A stretch of 58,834 nucleotides of DNA, counting the filler, from Basidioascus undulatus (taxonomy: Eukaryota), in NCBI GenBank assembly GCA_000826855.1. It is 4 parts of 4 records of this genome, joined end to end, with 100 filler letters (N's around TTAATTAATTAA, not from the genome) between each part and the next. Parts side by side here need not be neighbours in the genome. Positions count along the whole stretch, not along the records: positions 29,483 to 44,108 come from JTLS01000708.1; positions 44,209 to 58,834 come from JTLS01000709.1; 2 more parts are not named here. One strand, 5' to 3'. This document shows positions 37,026 to 48,352 of the stretch, in pieces. The notes beneath the pieces were generated by a model that worked only from the letters and a program-made list of their open reading frames with translations, had not been told where the DNA came from and made no database searches. The translations under genes and the position numbers were made by a program. How positions within the stretch are numbered: position 1 is the stretch's first letter; every line of letters begins with the position of its first letter.

Positions 37026-38077
37026 TCACAGCTCCTTCACATACGCGGCAGGAAAAAGGCCCTCCCGCGTCCCAATGCGGCCCTTCCACCAGTCATCTGA
37101 CGTCTTCTCCAGGATCTCTACCACCTCTCCCTCCGTAAAGGAGAGGTCCTCCGCCTCCTGCCACCCCAAACCCAGCCGTCAGACCCAGCTCCGTCCATGC
37201 CACATTCATAAACAAGACAGACGTACGCCTTGGTAGTCGTACTCCGCCTTAGCACGCAGGAACGACGGTGGCACGGGCGGCGCTGCGGGGGCTGCGGCGG
37301 GAGGCGCAGGCGCGGCAACCCTCCGCGTCGGAGGAGGCAGGAAGCCGGAGGCTGCCTTGGACTGAGACACGCCTGGGGAGGGTGTGGGGGGCTTGGGCGA
37401 GTTGTGCAGTCCGTTCTTGGCGAGCGAGCCCATGGCCGCGCCGAAGGAGGAGGTGGGAAGCCCGCCGATGCTCTGCTCGAAACAGCTTTAGACCAAGCGT
37501 AGACGGAGGTGAGAAGGCTAATAGGGACGTACCCGATTGGAAGTGAGTCCTGCGGATGCTGGTGGAGCGCTGGCAGATGATGCGGAAGGAGTGCGCCGGG
37601 GGGCGGGCGGGGGTGGTGCGGCCGAAGGGGAAGGAGGAGGGGACGCGCTCTTGAGCCCTTGGCCAGCTAGGAAACGGCTTGCCACGCCTTGAGCCGCGGC
37701 AGTAGCCGCGGCCTGCGCAGCCGGATTGACACCGCCCCCGCTGCCATTGACGAGAAGATGAGGGCGAGAGTCAAAGTACCTGCAACGTCGAGGATTCGGG
37801 AAGCTCAGCTACGAGAACCGGGTGAGATGAAGAGGAAGGCACGCACTCGTCTAGCAGCCTGTCCCCACCAGTTCAAAGAACACATTGATGATCGATGGTC
37901 GACGAGCAAGTCAGCTCGTGGCTACGATTGATTGAGCACAGGTCAAGCGGACGGCGCACTCGAAGAACGCCTCCTTATCGGCGGCTGTGAAGCTCGCGAA
38001 CACCACTGCACACGGCGCTCACAGTCAGTTATGCACAGTACAACAGCTACGTGAACTTGAGAATATAAAAGCTTACT
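37026..38077 (-). CDS. Proline-rich protein with C-terminal SH3 domain
   Basis: N-terminus MVFASFTAADKEAFFELLDEYFDSRPHL, SH3 LRAKAEYDYQGEAEDLSFTEGEVVEILEKTSDDWWKGRIGTREGLFPAAYVKEL*. The ATG is split A|TG by intron 38006-38076. Confidence 0.88.
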
Positions 38078-38304
38078 CGCGTTGGTCGTACGCTGAATGG
38101 AATTGGGAGAGATGGTGAGGGGTCAATCAGCTGGATGAGCGTCGCGGACGCATGCGGGCCGCCCGAAGCCGCCGGCAGACGATGTCCGAGGACATTCCAT
38201 GGACGCAGCACCTCTTCCAGCATGGCAAAGCACGACTACCGTCTTTCCAGCGTCCACACTCACCAATAGAAACATCCGTTCAATCCATACCTAAAGACCT
38301 CCAT

Positions 38305-39557
38305 ATGACCTCTCCATCGGAATCAACCTCACTCTCGGAGCCTTCACAGCTTCCGCTCGAGATCTGGTCGCGCATCCTGTCGTTCGCGCTCGCCGGCCCG
38401 CCTCTGGAGCCCGAGGACCGCTTCGAGACGTTGGCCTGGCCGACAACGGTGGGCTGTGACAAGGTCAACAGCACGAAACTATCTGCCATGCGGGTTTGCA
38501 GACTGTGGAAGGTGCGAGGGCTGCATGCGTCCGGGCTGTATGGAAGAGCTGATGGAGATACGGCCTGCAGGACCTCAGTCTTCCGTTCGTATACGGCGAG
38601 CTGCACATCACTCACACTCGTGCTCTTGAGTCCATCTACAGCCTCCTGACGAGAGATCATCCGCTCGACTTGACCGACGTCGAGGCCAGCGGCCGGAAAG
38701 CCGGCGCTGTCGACCTGCTTCGCCCACGCGTGCTCGTGCTCACATTCGACTCAACTTTGCCCTTTCCCCATTTCTGCGACCTGCTCAAACGTCTTACAAA
38801 CCTCGATTCCATGCTCCTCCCCTCCGCCCTGAACGGCGAGCACCTCCGCGCGCTGCGCAGCCCGCTCCGCATCGCCCAAGCGCGCGGGCACATGCAGGAC
38901 CTCTCAGCCATCCATGCGCTCTCGCATCTCGAGCGGCTCGTGTTAGAGTTCCAGAAGGACACATGGCGGGACGATTCGAACGACCGGGACGTTGTGCTCG
39001 AACGCCTGCACTCGGTCGATCTGACGTGGGGCTCGGGCAGGCGCTGCTCACGCTTCGACGTCCCGCCCACGCTCTCCTTCCCCGTGCTTCGCACGCTCAC
39101 GCTTCGTGTCATTCAAAATACCTTCGCGTCCGAGGGTGCTCGATTCTTCCAACGCGTTCAGGACACGGTTCAGACGCTGTACATCGGTCCCCCTGCGAGC
39201 ACATACGACGACGGTCTGGCAAGAGCAGCTCAACAGGTCATACTCAACGAAGCGCTGATTCAGCTGCCGAAACTCGAGTCTCTACGGCTGGACGTCTTCT
39301 TCCCTCCGATCGAGCATGACAACCTCAGACTCTTGCGAGTCCCGTATCAGGATGCAGTCTGCAAGCCTGAGTATAGCGCCGCTGTTATCCGGACCCTTGA
39401 CGCCCTGCCAAAGCTCCGGATACTCGAGATGGACTATTGGTTAACCATCAACGGGAAGGAGGGCGACGGGGTGGTCGAAGCGCATGAGGCGCTGCAGGCC
39501 GCTTGTGACGAGCGGGGAGTGCAGATGGTGCAGGTTGCGAGGCGTTGGGGGTGTTGA
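38305..39557 (+). CDS. F-box/LRR-like protein, 2 exons
   Basis: QLPLEIWSRILSFA...AMRVCRLWK|DLSLPFVYGELHI with intron at about 38512-38570. LRR-like repeats LSHLERLVL, FPVLRTLTL, LPKLESLRL and LPKLRILEM. Confidence 0.85.
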
Positions 39558-42440
39558 TTGTTCTCGTACTTTGCATGTAATACTTTATGATGTAGAACAG
39601 TGTGTGTTTTGGGTGCTAAGGCGGTGCATCACTGACGAGTAAGGTGCAGGCCAACAGGCCTGGCGCTCAACCCAAGCCCCCCCCGCAGACCTCCCATCAA
39701 TCTGCTTCGAACCCATGAGAATAAGCGCATTGAATCACCAGTCTCACACTTCGTATATTTGAGTGAATCCGCCTGTGGGTGATGGGATTAAAGAGTGCAG
39801 CGCAGCAGTACGTGCAGTTCAGATCAACTGGACCTTTTGACGTTTCACACTCATTCAACGTTCAAAAACAAAGGTGCCCCTGCGTTTATTCAACATGGTG
39901 CAATCTCTGCGGTCGAAATATCTTCCTCCCGATTACATTGGGTAGATGATGCAGACCACCGCCTGGGACGCTATGAGCTTTGTCTGCAAACTATGCGCCG
40001 TAAGCGTATCTGCTTCAAACTCTCTGCCCGATGCTGACATCCCCCACAACTTTTCAGATACCCCTGGAAGAGCTTGAAATGTAATATGTCCGTTTAAGGG
40101 AGGTTAAGCGGTCGGAGGTAGATAGCAACAAAGAAAAAGAGACAGGGGAGGAGGTCGTGAACCGTCTGAAAGGGGGCGTGACCCGCGAATGGCTGATGCG
40201 TCCGCTCTCGTAATGCGAGAACCATATATCGGACGAAAAGTACAGGAATCAGGTTACATATAAAGCTATTCCTGGTGCTGAGCCAGAGACTGCGCTGACC
40301 GGCCGGTACCCCGCACCGCAAGTGCAGCACTTCCACAGGCTTCGCCGGGATGCTCCCGGCGCGCAGGCCAAGGCCGCATACTTTATAAACAATGTGAACT
40401 TGAAATGCAAAGCAGGGACCTCGTTGTCTATTACTATACAGCCCAGGGGGCTATGTTTTTTGACGGTATAGTTTGTGAGCTTGTGGGTTCGGTCCCTGGT
40501 TGGAGAGCAATTGCACCCAACTGGGTACACAAGCGTCCACAGAACACCGAGTCTCCCTCCTTAAGGCATCAACCCGTTGTTCACCTCGACCGTTTCCGAT
40601 CAGCGTGCACCGGTTGCCCGTGGGGTCCAATCGCATCTTGTGTTCTTACTTCGAGACCTTTTCACGCTTCCAATGCCTGCTTGACGTCCGGTTTGCGGTA
40701 CCTTATTTTCTAGGATAACCATCATGAAACGCCCTCAGACAATTTCACCGCGTGCGCCCCTCTCCCTGCCTCTCGCTTGCGTCCTGCATCTGACCCCGGC
40801 CGCTGAGAATGAGCTGCAGCGTCGCCACAGGTTTACTGCGCGGAAAGAGCAGGACACCGCAGTTTTACAGGGGGGAAGAGTTCCACCGTCTCACGGTGCC
40901 CACAGGGGAGAAGTCATCATGCAGCTTCATTCAGTTCTGCGTAGTCCGTCAGCAAGCTGCCGAGCAATGCAGTCTCATAGCTATCGGATCCTCCTTCAAC
41001 TCAGTGAGATACTGTGCCACCCATAATTTCTTATCAAAGAGGGAATAAGAGAAGAAACAGACCTGAACTTGACTGACAACCGCAAGCTTCAGTGCACGCT
41101 GACATGGTCGAGGGGTTGCATAAGTCTCATCCGCTGAGAGAATGAGACATACGGTCTCGAGTTCTGAAAATGCACGCTAGAGGAGGTTGGGGTTGCGATG
41201 CGTGTGATGGAAGGTAAACAGTCGAAGACAGTCGAGGCAAACATAAACGGTCGAGGCGAACGTGGACACCCATCGATCTCTAGTCACGTACAGACGAACC
41301 CCATGACAAGAAGCATCAATGGGTCAGACGGCTCTTGTTTCTCCCTGCTTGCATTTCCTCCCGTTCCTGTTGTTAGAAAGTTGGGCGAGCGGCCTGATCG
41401 AGTGCAAAGAAGCGACGGTCGTCCGAGACGCGACGCTGCCAGTCGGCCAGTTGGGGCCCAAAACAGGCAGGCAGTCTGCGTTGAAGTGAACAAAGTAGCT
41501 GCAACACATCGGTATCCGCCTGCTAAGTAACTCGTGCCTGAAGAGCGACAGTATTCAGTACTCCAGGCGGAATAGCTACAAGGTAAAACGAGCGAGAGCA
41601 CCAGCCCGCGCTGCCGACCCTGCAGCGTCTGCTCCGAGCGGTGGAGTTGAGATCGCGCACGGCGTGCGAGGTGTGGGTAAAGCAATATTTTCCTCGTCCG
41701 CATTTTCTTCTATTTTCTGTTAAAACGACTGGCGCTGAGTCGGGCGCAATAAGCCCGTACTTCGGGGCCGCACGAATCACGAAGCACCGATTGGCTGAGA
41801 TGCGTGAGTGACGGAGATGGCGAGTGTAGTGGGTCGGGGAGACGCGGTGCGAGTGGGCGAAGGCACGGGGGAAATGTTGATTGAATAGGAAGGAAGGCAC
41901 CTCGCGTTAGGTGAGCGCATGGATGTGAACGCGCGAAGGAGGGTGTGAGTGTGAGGGCCGGTAAGACCACGACCGCGCGCGGCGGCGCAGAAGGACGCTG
42001 AAAGGAATGGACGACGATAGGCGGAAGGAGGAATTGGAGGTAATGGAGGCTGAGAGTCGGGAGGGGCCTGCGCAGGAGGGTGAGAAGCGGGGAAGCATGG
42101 AGCTGATCGAGGCGAAGTGCTCGAAGACCGACTTGGCGAGCGGGAGAAAGCGGTAGAAGCGGCCAGACGGGACAGACGACGCGGATCAGGGAAGGAGAAG
42201 CGGGGGGGCTGTAGAGAAGGTCGAAAATGGCCGTATGCGAATGTGAGAGTGCGGGTCGATCGATGGGCACCGGAGCATCGAAGGGTAAGGTGATGATCAA
42301 CACGGTGGTGGGGTGAGCGTTAAGCCGTCCCTCTCTGCGCTGCCCAGAGCATCGTCGCACCTCTAGATGCATCAGTCCGTCCTCCCTCCTCTGCTCTCTC
42401 CTCTCCCACGCCCTGCCTACCCCTCACGCGCCAAGCCCAT

Positions 42441-42977
42441 CTACTCCTCTTCCGCCGCCGCCGCCTTCTGCTTGGCGAGGACCTTCATCCGCCGGAGCAT
42501 GTCCTCGTATTGGCACCTGCTCGGGGGTGCAGTCAGCGTTGTTCGTGTTCTCTCCAGCCTCAGTTGAGGGTAGTCCGCTGGGAAGGAAGAACGCACTTCT
42601 CGTACGTGTGCCTGTGTGGGTGTGAGGTGATGTCAGCAAGGGAAGAGGCGACGGGGAGAGGGAGGGAAGGCAGGGGACGGACCGCTCGTCGGTACACTCC
42701 CAGGGCATGTAGAGGTTCTTGTGACGGCAGATGTTGAGGGGGATGAGAAGGCTGTGGTCCCCTCCCGCATTGCATCAGCACAAAGCTAAAAGAAGGGGTT
42801 TACAATGAAGGAAGACGGACGCAGAGCAGCTGTCGCGGTAGTTAATCGGCAGGCGGTGCTTCATCGCATCCTCCTTCGAGGCTGTGTAGCTGGACAGCTC
42901 GGCCCTCCCAACATCAGCCTTCCAGCTCCTCTCCATCAAAATGCGCTTCTGCGCCGGTGGAAGTCGTACTCGGTCAT
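42441..42977 (-). CDS. NDUFB7: NADH:ubiquinone oxidoreductase B18 subunit, 5 exons
   Basis: MTDYTASKEDAMKHRLPINYRDSCSALLIPLNICRHKNLYMPWECTDERHTYEKCQYEDMLRRMKVLAKQKAAAAEEE*, with the twin CX9C and RLPxxYRDxC signature. Confidence 0.95.
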
Positions 42978-43384
42978 GGTGAATGCGAAATATACAGAGC
43001 GGCGAGGATGTGGAGGAAGGCAGGCAGGTGTAGCAGCGAGCAGCAAGGGGTTGGGCTTCGGCCGTCCGGGGTGGGCAGGCGTTAGGGTTGCCGTTGCGCT
43101 CGGCGACGCGCGAGGAGCGCGTCCTCTCAATCTCCCCTCCCAGTCCACCGCGTCGCACCCCTGCCCCTTCCACACCCATTGATCCCCCATATTTTTACGG
43201 CCATCGAGATCAGTGCTTAAAAATAAATCTGGGTATGTCCTTTTAGACGCTGTGCAGGGCTCTGGGCTGAAAGGCAGTGGGTGGGAGTAGCGGCCGAACG
43301 TCCTGTCGCTTTTCGCCCCTTCTTGTCCCCCGAAGCTGCCCTTGACTTTCATCGGGCCCTGCACCTGTTGACCTCTCTTCCACC
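42978..43384. promoter_or_regulatory. Bidirectional promoter region NDUFB7 / MBP1-like
   Basis: About 400 nt between divergent start codons. Contains gttagggttg (43081-43090) and three ACGCG cores (43106, 43118, 43149). Confidence 0.5.
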
Positions 43385-44108
43385 ATGTTCGTATATTCTG
43401 TCTTCGTCACCGCCCTCCTCTTCCGCTCATCCCACCGTGATTCCACACAGGGCGCCCACTCCCGGGCCTCAAATCTATAAAGTCAGCCGCAGCCCCCACG
43501 CTCCGGCCCTCTCTCTCTCCCGCTAACAACCGAGTCTACGGTTCTATTACCCACAGGCATGCTACTCGTCCGTGCCCGTGTACGAATTCGCGTGCAAGGG
43601 CGTCGCCGTCATGCGCCGCCGCTCCGACTCGTGGCTCAACGCGACCCAGATCCTCAAGGTCGCCGGCTTCGACAAGCCCCAGCGCACGCGCGTCCTCGAG
43701 CGCGAGGTGCAGAAGGGCGAGCATGAGAAGGTGCAGGGAGGGTATGGAAAGTATCAGGGTGAGTGTATCCCTTCAAGCGAGGAGCCAGAGCAGTGGAAAG
43801 GAGAAAGCCTGGTCGTTTCTGACGATCTCTCTCCGTTTTCTAGGCACTTGGATCCCCCTCGAGCGCGGCATCGCTCTCGCACAGCAGTACTCCGTCGAGC
43901 ATCTCCTCCAACCCATCATCACCTACCAGCCCGGGCCCGACTCCCCGCCTCTCGCGCCCAAGCACGTCACCGCCGCGCCGTCGCGTCCCCGTCGCGCGGC
44001 GAACGCGATGCCCTCCACCTCGCGCGCAGCGGCCGCTGCCGCCCCAGTCGTCGCGACGCCGACCGCGGCGCTCTCGGACGCCGAGGACGGGACGATGTCG
44101 CCCTCGCC
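43385..44108 (+). CDS. MBP1: APSES/KilA-N cell-cycle transcription factor (Mbp1/Res1/Swi4 family), 5' part
   Basis: [76 protein letters not shown]. The ATG is split AT|G by intron 43387-43450. Cut by the contig end. Confidence 0.92.
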
Positions 44109-44208
44109 NNNNNNNNNNNNNNNNNNNNNNNNNNNNNNNNNNNNNNNNNNNNTTAATTAATTAANNNNNNNNNNNNNNNNNNNNNNNNNNNNNNNNNNNN
44201 NNNNNNNN
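44109..44208. other. Artificial contig spacer
   Basis: N44-TTAATTAATTAA-N44. Confidence 0.99.
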
Positions 44209-44598
44209 TACCCTACGTAGGGTAGGACGGTAGGACGGTAGGTAGGGCGGTAGGGGGCTGCCGGCGCCCACGGCGGCCCGCCAGCTCGCAGCGACGTCTT
44301 CCACCGACTTCCACACGGTGGTCCGCGGAATGCCAAACGCCGGCCCTTGTGTTGGGTTTTTATTTGCTTGCTTTTCAAATGTTATTGCCTCACACTGCCA
44401 GGAAGGCTCCAACTTGAACCAAAGGACATCACCCGCCCTTCGGCCAATTTTCAGCGGGTTCCACATGAAAGCTGGAGCCACGGACAGGTAACTGCAACCG
44501 TCGCCCCCCTACCGCCCCTACCGCCCCTACCGCCCCTACGTAGGCCCCGCGAGTAGGGCGGTACGCGAGCTCGGTAGGGCCCTACCGGCGCCACACTG
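44209..44598. mobile_element. MITE-like non-autonomous DNA transposon, left end truncated
   Basis: The left arm ccctacgtagggtaggacggtaggacggtaggtagggcggtagggggc is the inverted counterpart of the right arm gcccccctaccgcccctaccgcccctaccgcccctacgtagg. The right end terminates in ...ccacactg (CAGTG-type terminus). The core is non-coding and the element sits at a contig break. Confidence 0.65.
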
Positions 44599-44932
44599 CC
44601 CGACTGTAACGCGACGGGACCCGTCCAGACGTCAAGGTCAAGTCTGGACGTCGCCGGCGCCGTCAAGACCGTGGCGTCTTCCCGTCTCTGTCTCGCAACG
44701 CCCCATCGCTCTAATTGGCCGCCTCCTTTTCGCAAATCTTTCTTGTTGCACGCTTTCGCTGTACTCTTGCCTTGGAACGGCTTGCACCTTAGATCGATCT
44801 TTTATCTGTCTGCCGTCCGCCTTCGTACCGCGCACGAACTGCGCGATACACCGACGCTCGAGTCAGTCGGTGCGGCAATGCCTTGCGCCAACAATATCAC
44901 GAATCGGCAGCGGTATTGATTAATGGCGACAG

Positions 44933-46553
44933 TCATTTCCGTGGTTTTCGCCCATCCCTCAGCTTCGCAGCGTGCTCTGCCATTATGCCCTGCACCTCGT
45001 CTAGGTAATCGCTAGCGTTCTCGTCCTCCCTTTGACCTACGGCAAGGGAAGTGGTGAGATCAATGGCAACGCTCACATTTCACAAAATAGTGACGTCAAT
45101 TGCTCACCGCCGGGCACGTCGAGCTCGAAACTCGGTGTAAGGTCGGCAAAGTGCTCAAACTCGGGCGGAATATGGGTATCGAGAGGGAGGGGCCGACCAA
45201 GCTGCGGAAACAATGGTTGAGCTTCTTCTCCTCAAAAATACATGAATCGATATGCTTACAGCAACAGACGTCAAGTATGCCCATGCGCGAGCCGCGTTGG
45301 CGTGGTGGTATCCTCCACCGCCGAGCAGCAGCGTCTTGCAACCCCATGCGAGCACGCTCTCGACAACAGCGCCGATTCCTCCTTCGCCTCCCAGCTGCCA
45401 CGACCATACGCCGCAAGGGTCACCCGCGAGCCCGTCTACGCCGCAAAGCAGGACGACAGCGTCAGGCTGGAAGGCGTCGCGCAGGGGCTCGACTGCCTCC
45501 GACCAGACGCGCTGGATGGTTCTGGATGAGGTGCCGCGGGAGAGAGGGATGGAGAGCGTATGCGACGGGGAGGAGGATGGGGTGGGATATGTAGGCGAGG
45601 GAGGGAAGAACCCGGGTGAGGCGTGATGGATCGACAGGGTGAGCACCGAGGAGGTAGAGAATGCGCTCTGGACGCCTGCAATGTAGTCATGTTAAGTTTG
45701 GAATGAAAGATGAAAGAGGTGATCACACAGTAGGAGCGTACCGTCGCCTGCGTGCAAATCTACATCGATGTACATGACACGTCGAAACGACTTGCGGAGA
45801 TCGATGATCGCGAGCACAGCCTGAGGGCGCCTCTCTATGCGTGAGTACATTCAATACCGCCTGTGACTATGGGACGTGCATCGTTGACATAGCAGAATCC
45901 AGCGGCGCGGGAACGCATGGCATGATGCCTTCCTCCGTCCCAGTTGATGGCGACGTCCGCTTCGCCTCGCCGTAGTGCTCGCGCGGCGGTCAGCGATGCG
46001 CCGGAGACGAGCGAGACGTATTCGGACAGCTCCGGGAATGATGGGCAGTCCTAAAGATTCGTCTTATGGCAGGTTCAGCGTGTATTCGGAAGCGCTGTTA
46101 GAAACAACGCGAGACGCACATCCTCTAGGCCAAACGTGTCCACCTTCCGACGCTTCCGTGATCGCTCGTCCTCTTCTTCCGAAGAACCCAATCCGTCCTC
46201 GGAGTCTTCCGACAATACCTCCTGGGCTTCTTCCGACCCAAGTAGCCTGGCTGCGTGTCATTCAGTTCAAGTTAACCACGTCGGAGGCTTGCAAGAAACG
46301 GACCGACAAACGCGCGAGTATGGAACGCTTCGAGCTCCCGAGCCGTGGCAGGAATGGGTTCGATGATTGTACACCGAAGAGCAGCGGTGTTTTCGCGCTC
46401 GCCTTCGAGCGACTCGTCGTCGCTCGCAGCTTCTGCGAGAAGTTCAAGGCTGCGAACGAGCCCGTGGACGACTTTCGAGCGATAGACGTTTGACGGAAGT
46501 TGAGAGGCGGCTCGTTCCAGCTCAGCCGAGTATATATACGAGACTCTTCGCAT
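44933..46553 (-). CDS. HOS1: Class I histone deacetylase, Hos1/HDAC8-like
   Basis: LPSNVYRSKVVHGL, ELEAFH, FGLEDDCP, AINWDGGRHHA..AAGFCYVND, YIDVDLHAGDGVQ, LTLSIH, CGVDGLAGDP and LLLGGGGYHHANAARAWAYLT. Confidence 0.9.
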
Positions 46554-46774
46554 CGTCAATGGAGAAGCCGTAGAAAGCAAGATGGTGGGGAGCAAGAAAC
46601 GGAGGTGTGACACTTGGAATCGGAAGACATGCCGGACGGACGTGGCCGGGGACGCGCCGTGGGCGACCGCACTTGGGCTGACGGGTCAAGACGGGTTCTC
46701 CTATCAAGTCTCTTCTCCTCTATCACACACCTACAAACGACGGACCCTCAATCAAACTGACTTCCTGACCGAGA

Positions 46775-47745
46775 ATGGTACAACTCGTTCTCGCACCACA
46801 CGCTATCGAGACGCTCGCAGTTCTACGCGATCTTCCTCCGGAGCTCGAGGCGCAAGTTCGGACATATCTCGTATCGACCAACTCTTCGACCCAGAGCGCG
46901 GAGGGCAAGGCTGCTGGAGAGAAAGATGGCGGAGAGGAGGTGAAAGACAACGAGGAGGGCCTGCCCAAGGGCGACCCGAATATCTCGCACGATACGCTCG
47001 TGCAGATATCGCGATGGGCGAGAGAGCGCAAAGAGAAGAGTCCGTCCTGCATCTTTCGACTTCACATACATCATGAACGAACTGAAGTCCTAAACAACAG
47101 ACTTAGCGCAAGCGGACCTGAGCCTCGTCAGCCTTCTTGCCGGCTCCCGAGTCTACATCCCGCCTCGTCCTGTACGAAAGCGCGTAGGTCCAGCTTGTCG
47201 CCTTCATCTCCTTTCCTCCTCTTTCGTTGTACGTTTCTGCTGACGACGCCCAAAATTACCCCCTCTGCCTCCATCTTTTCGCCGTCCACCCCATCGCTCA
47301 CCTGCGCCGTCCCCCGGTTCCCAGTCCGCCTCTCTCGAAGCTTCTCTCGCCGCCGCACAGCTACTCGCCGACCAGCGCGCCTACGCAGCGCTTATTAACG
47401 TAGCTGGCCCTCTATCTCTGGATTCCTCCGAAGCGCGCCCACCCGCCGACGAATGGCGCGAAGCAACGCGCGAGCTACAAGTGACGTTCAGCGTGCTCGC
47501 AAGCATGGCGGCCGTCGCGACCGGAATATGGTGGGCGGGCGGGGCGATGAACCCTGCGTGGGCAAGTACTCTCCTGCCTTAGCAGCACATGTAGAGGCTA
47601 GAAGCTTCGCGTATGACTGATTTTGAGATGGGGGACTTGGGCAGAGCAGAAGGTTCTGGTCGCTATGTTTGGGGCGTTCGTCGTCGGCGGCGCGGAGGCT
47701 GGTTTGTATATCATTTTGCAGACGAAGAAGGAGAAGAAGGTATGA
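46775..47745 (+). CDS. VMA12: V-ATPase assembly factor Vma12/Vph2 (TMEM199)
   Basis: ISHDTLVQISRWA, LVSLLAGSRVYIPPRP, QRAYAAL, DEWRE..RELQVTFSVLASMAAVATGIWW, second TM VLVAMFGAFVVGGAEAGLY and a KKEKKV* ER-retrieval-like tail. Confidence 0.85.
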
Positions 47746-48352
47746 ATAGATGTAAAGAAACGTGCTTGACTTTCGCACACACACGCGCGCGCTTGCATTG
47801 GGCTTTTGAGGTGCTTTATTGCGATTCAGTTGCGCGGAGCGCCGGTGGAAAGCATCTCGGACGCTGTGTGCGCTTCCGTGGTCTTCATTCCCTTTTACTC
47901 CGCCGTTCCCGGGCAACTTGATATGGAATTGTCCCTGGTCTCACGGCATTATCAAGATTCACGCAGTACCCGCATATCTCCAGGTCGCTGAAAGCCAAAA
48001 CCCTTTACTGCCCCAAAGCCACCATAATAACCACGTACGGAATGCTCACGGCTTCGGGACTTCTCCAAATTGCTTGCGCGTGTAGGACCTTCTCATTGCT
48101 CTTCGGTAGCTCGCAAGCCTGTCGACGAAATCGAAGTTCGCGAACCACGCGTTGAGCATCGTACTTTTCAAAGGTGTTTTTGGCCTTTAGATTGTAAAGA
48201 AGGCAAGCACAATCAGCACATGGAGTATCACTGGCTAACAAAGGATGGTTAGTGCCGCAAGTGAGACTCAGCAGTCGCTCCCGCTGTTGCGCCCTGAACC
48301 GATCCGAAGTTGCTCATACCACAGAACCATTGACAAACCTTCCACTCCAAAC

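Noticed and set aside
43081..43090. caaccctaac as a telomerase RNA template
   Set aside because: It sits about 100 nt upstream of the NDUFB7 ATG in a short bidirectional promoter, with no visible supporting structure.
44209..44545. ggtaggg arrays as telomeric repeats or a CRISPR array
   Set aside because: Short, irregular and arranged as inverted arms with no unique spacers, which fits a MITE better. The sequence is eukaryotic.
10890..46553. Apparent cohesin-regulation cluster (WAPL plus Hos1/HDAC8, with a coilin candidate and Mbp1 in between)
   Set aside because: The genes lie on different contigs joined artificially, so the co-occurrence is chance.
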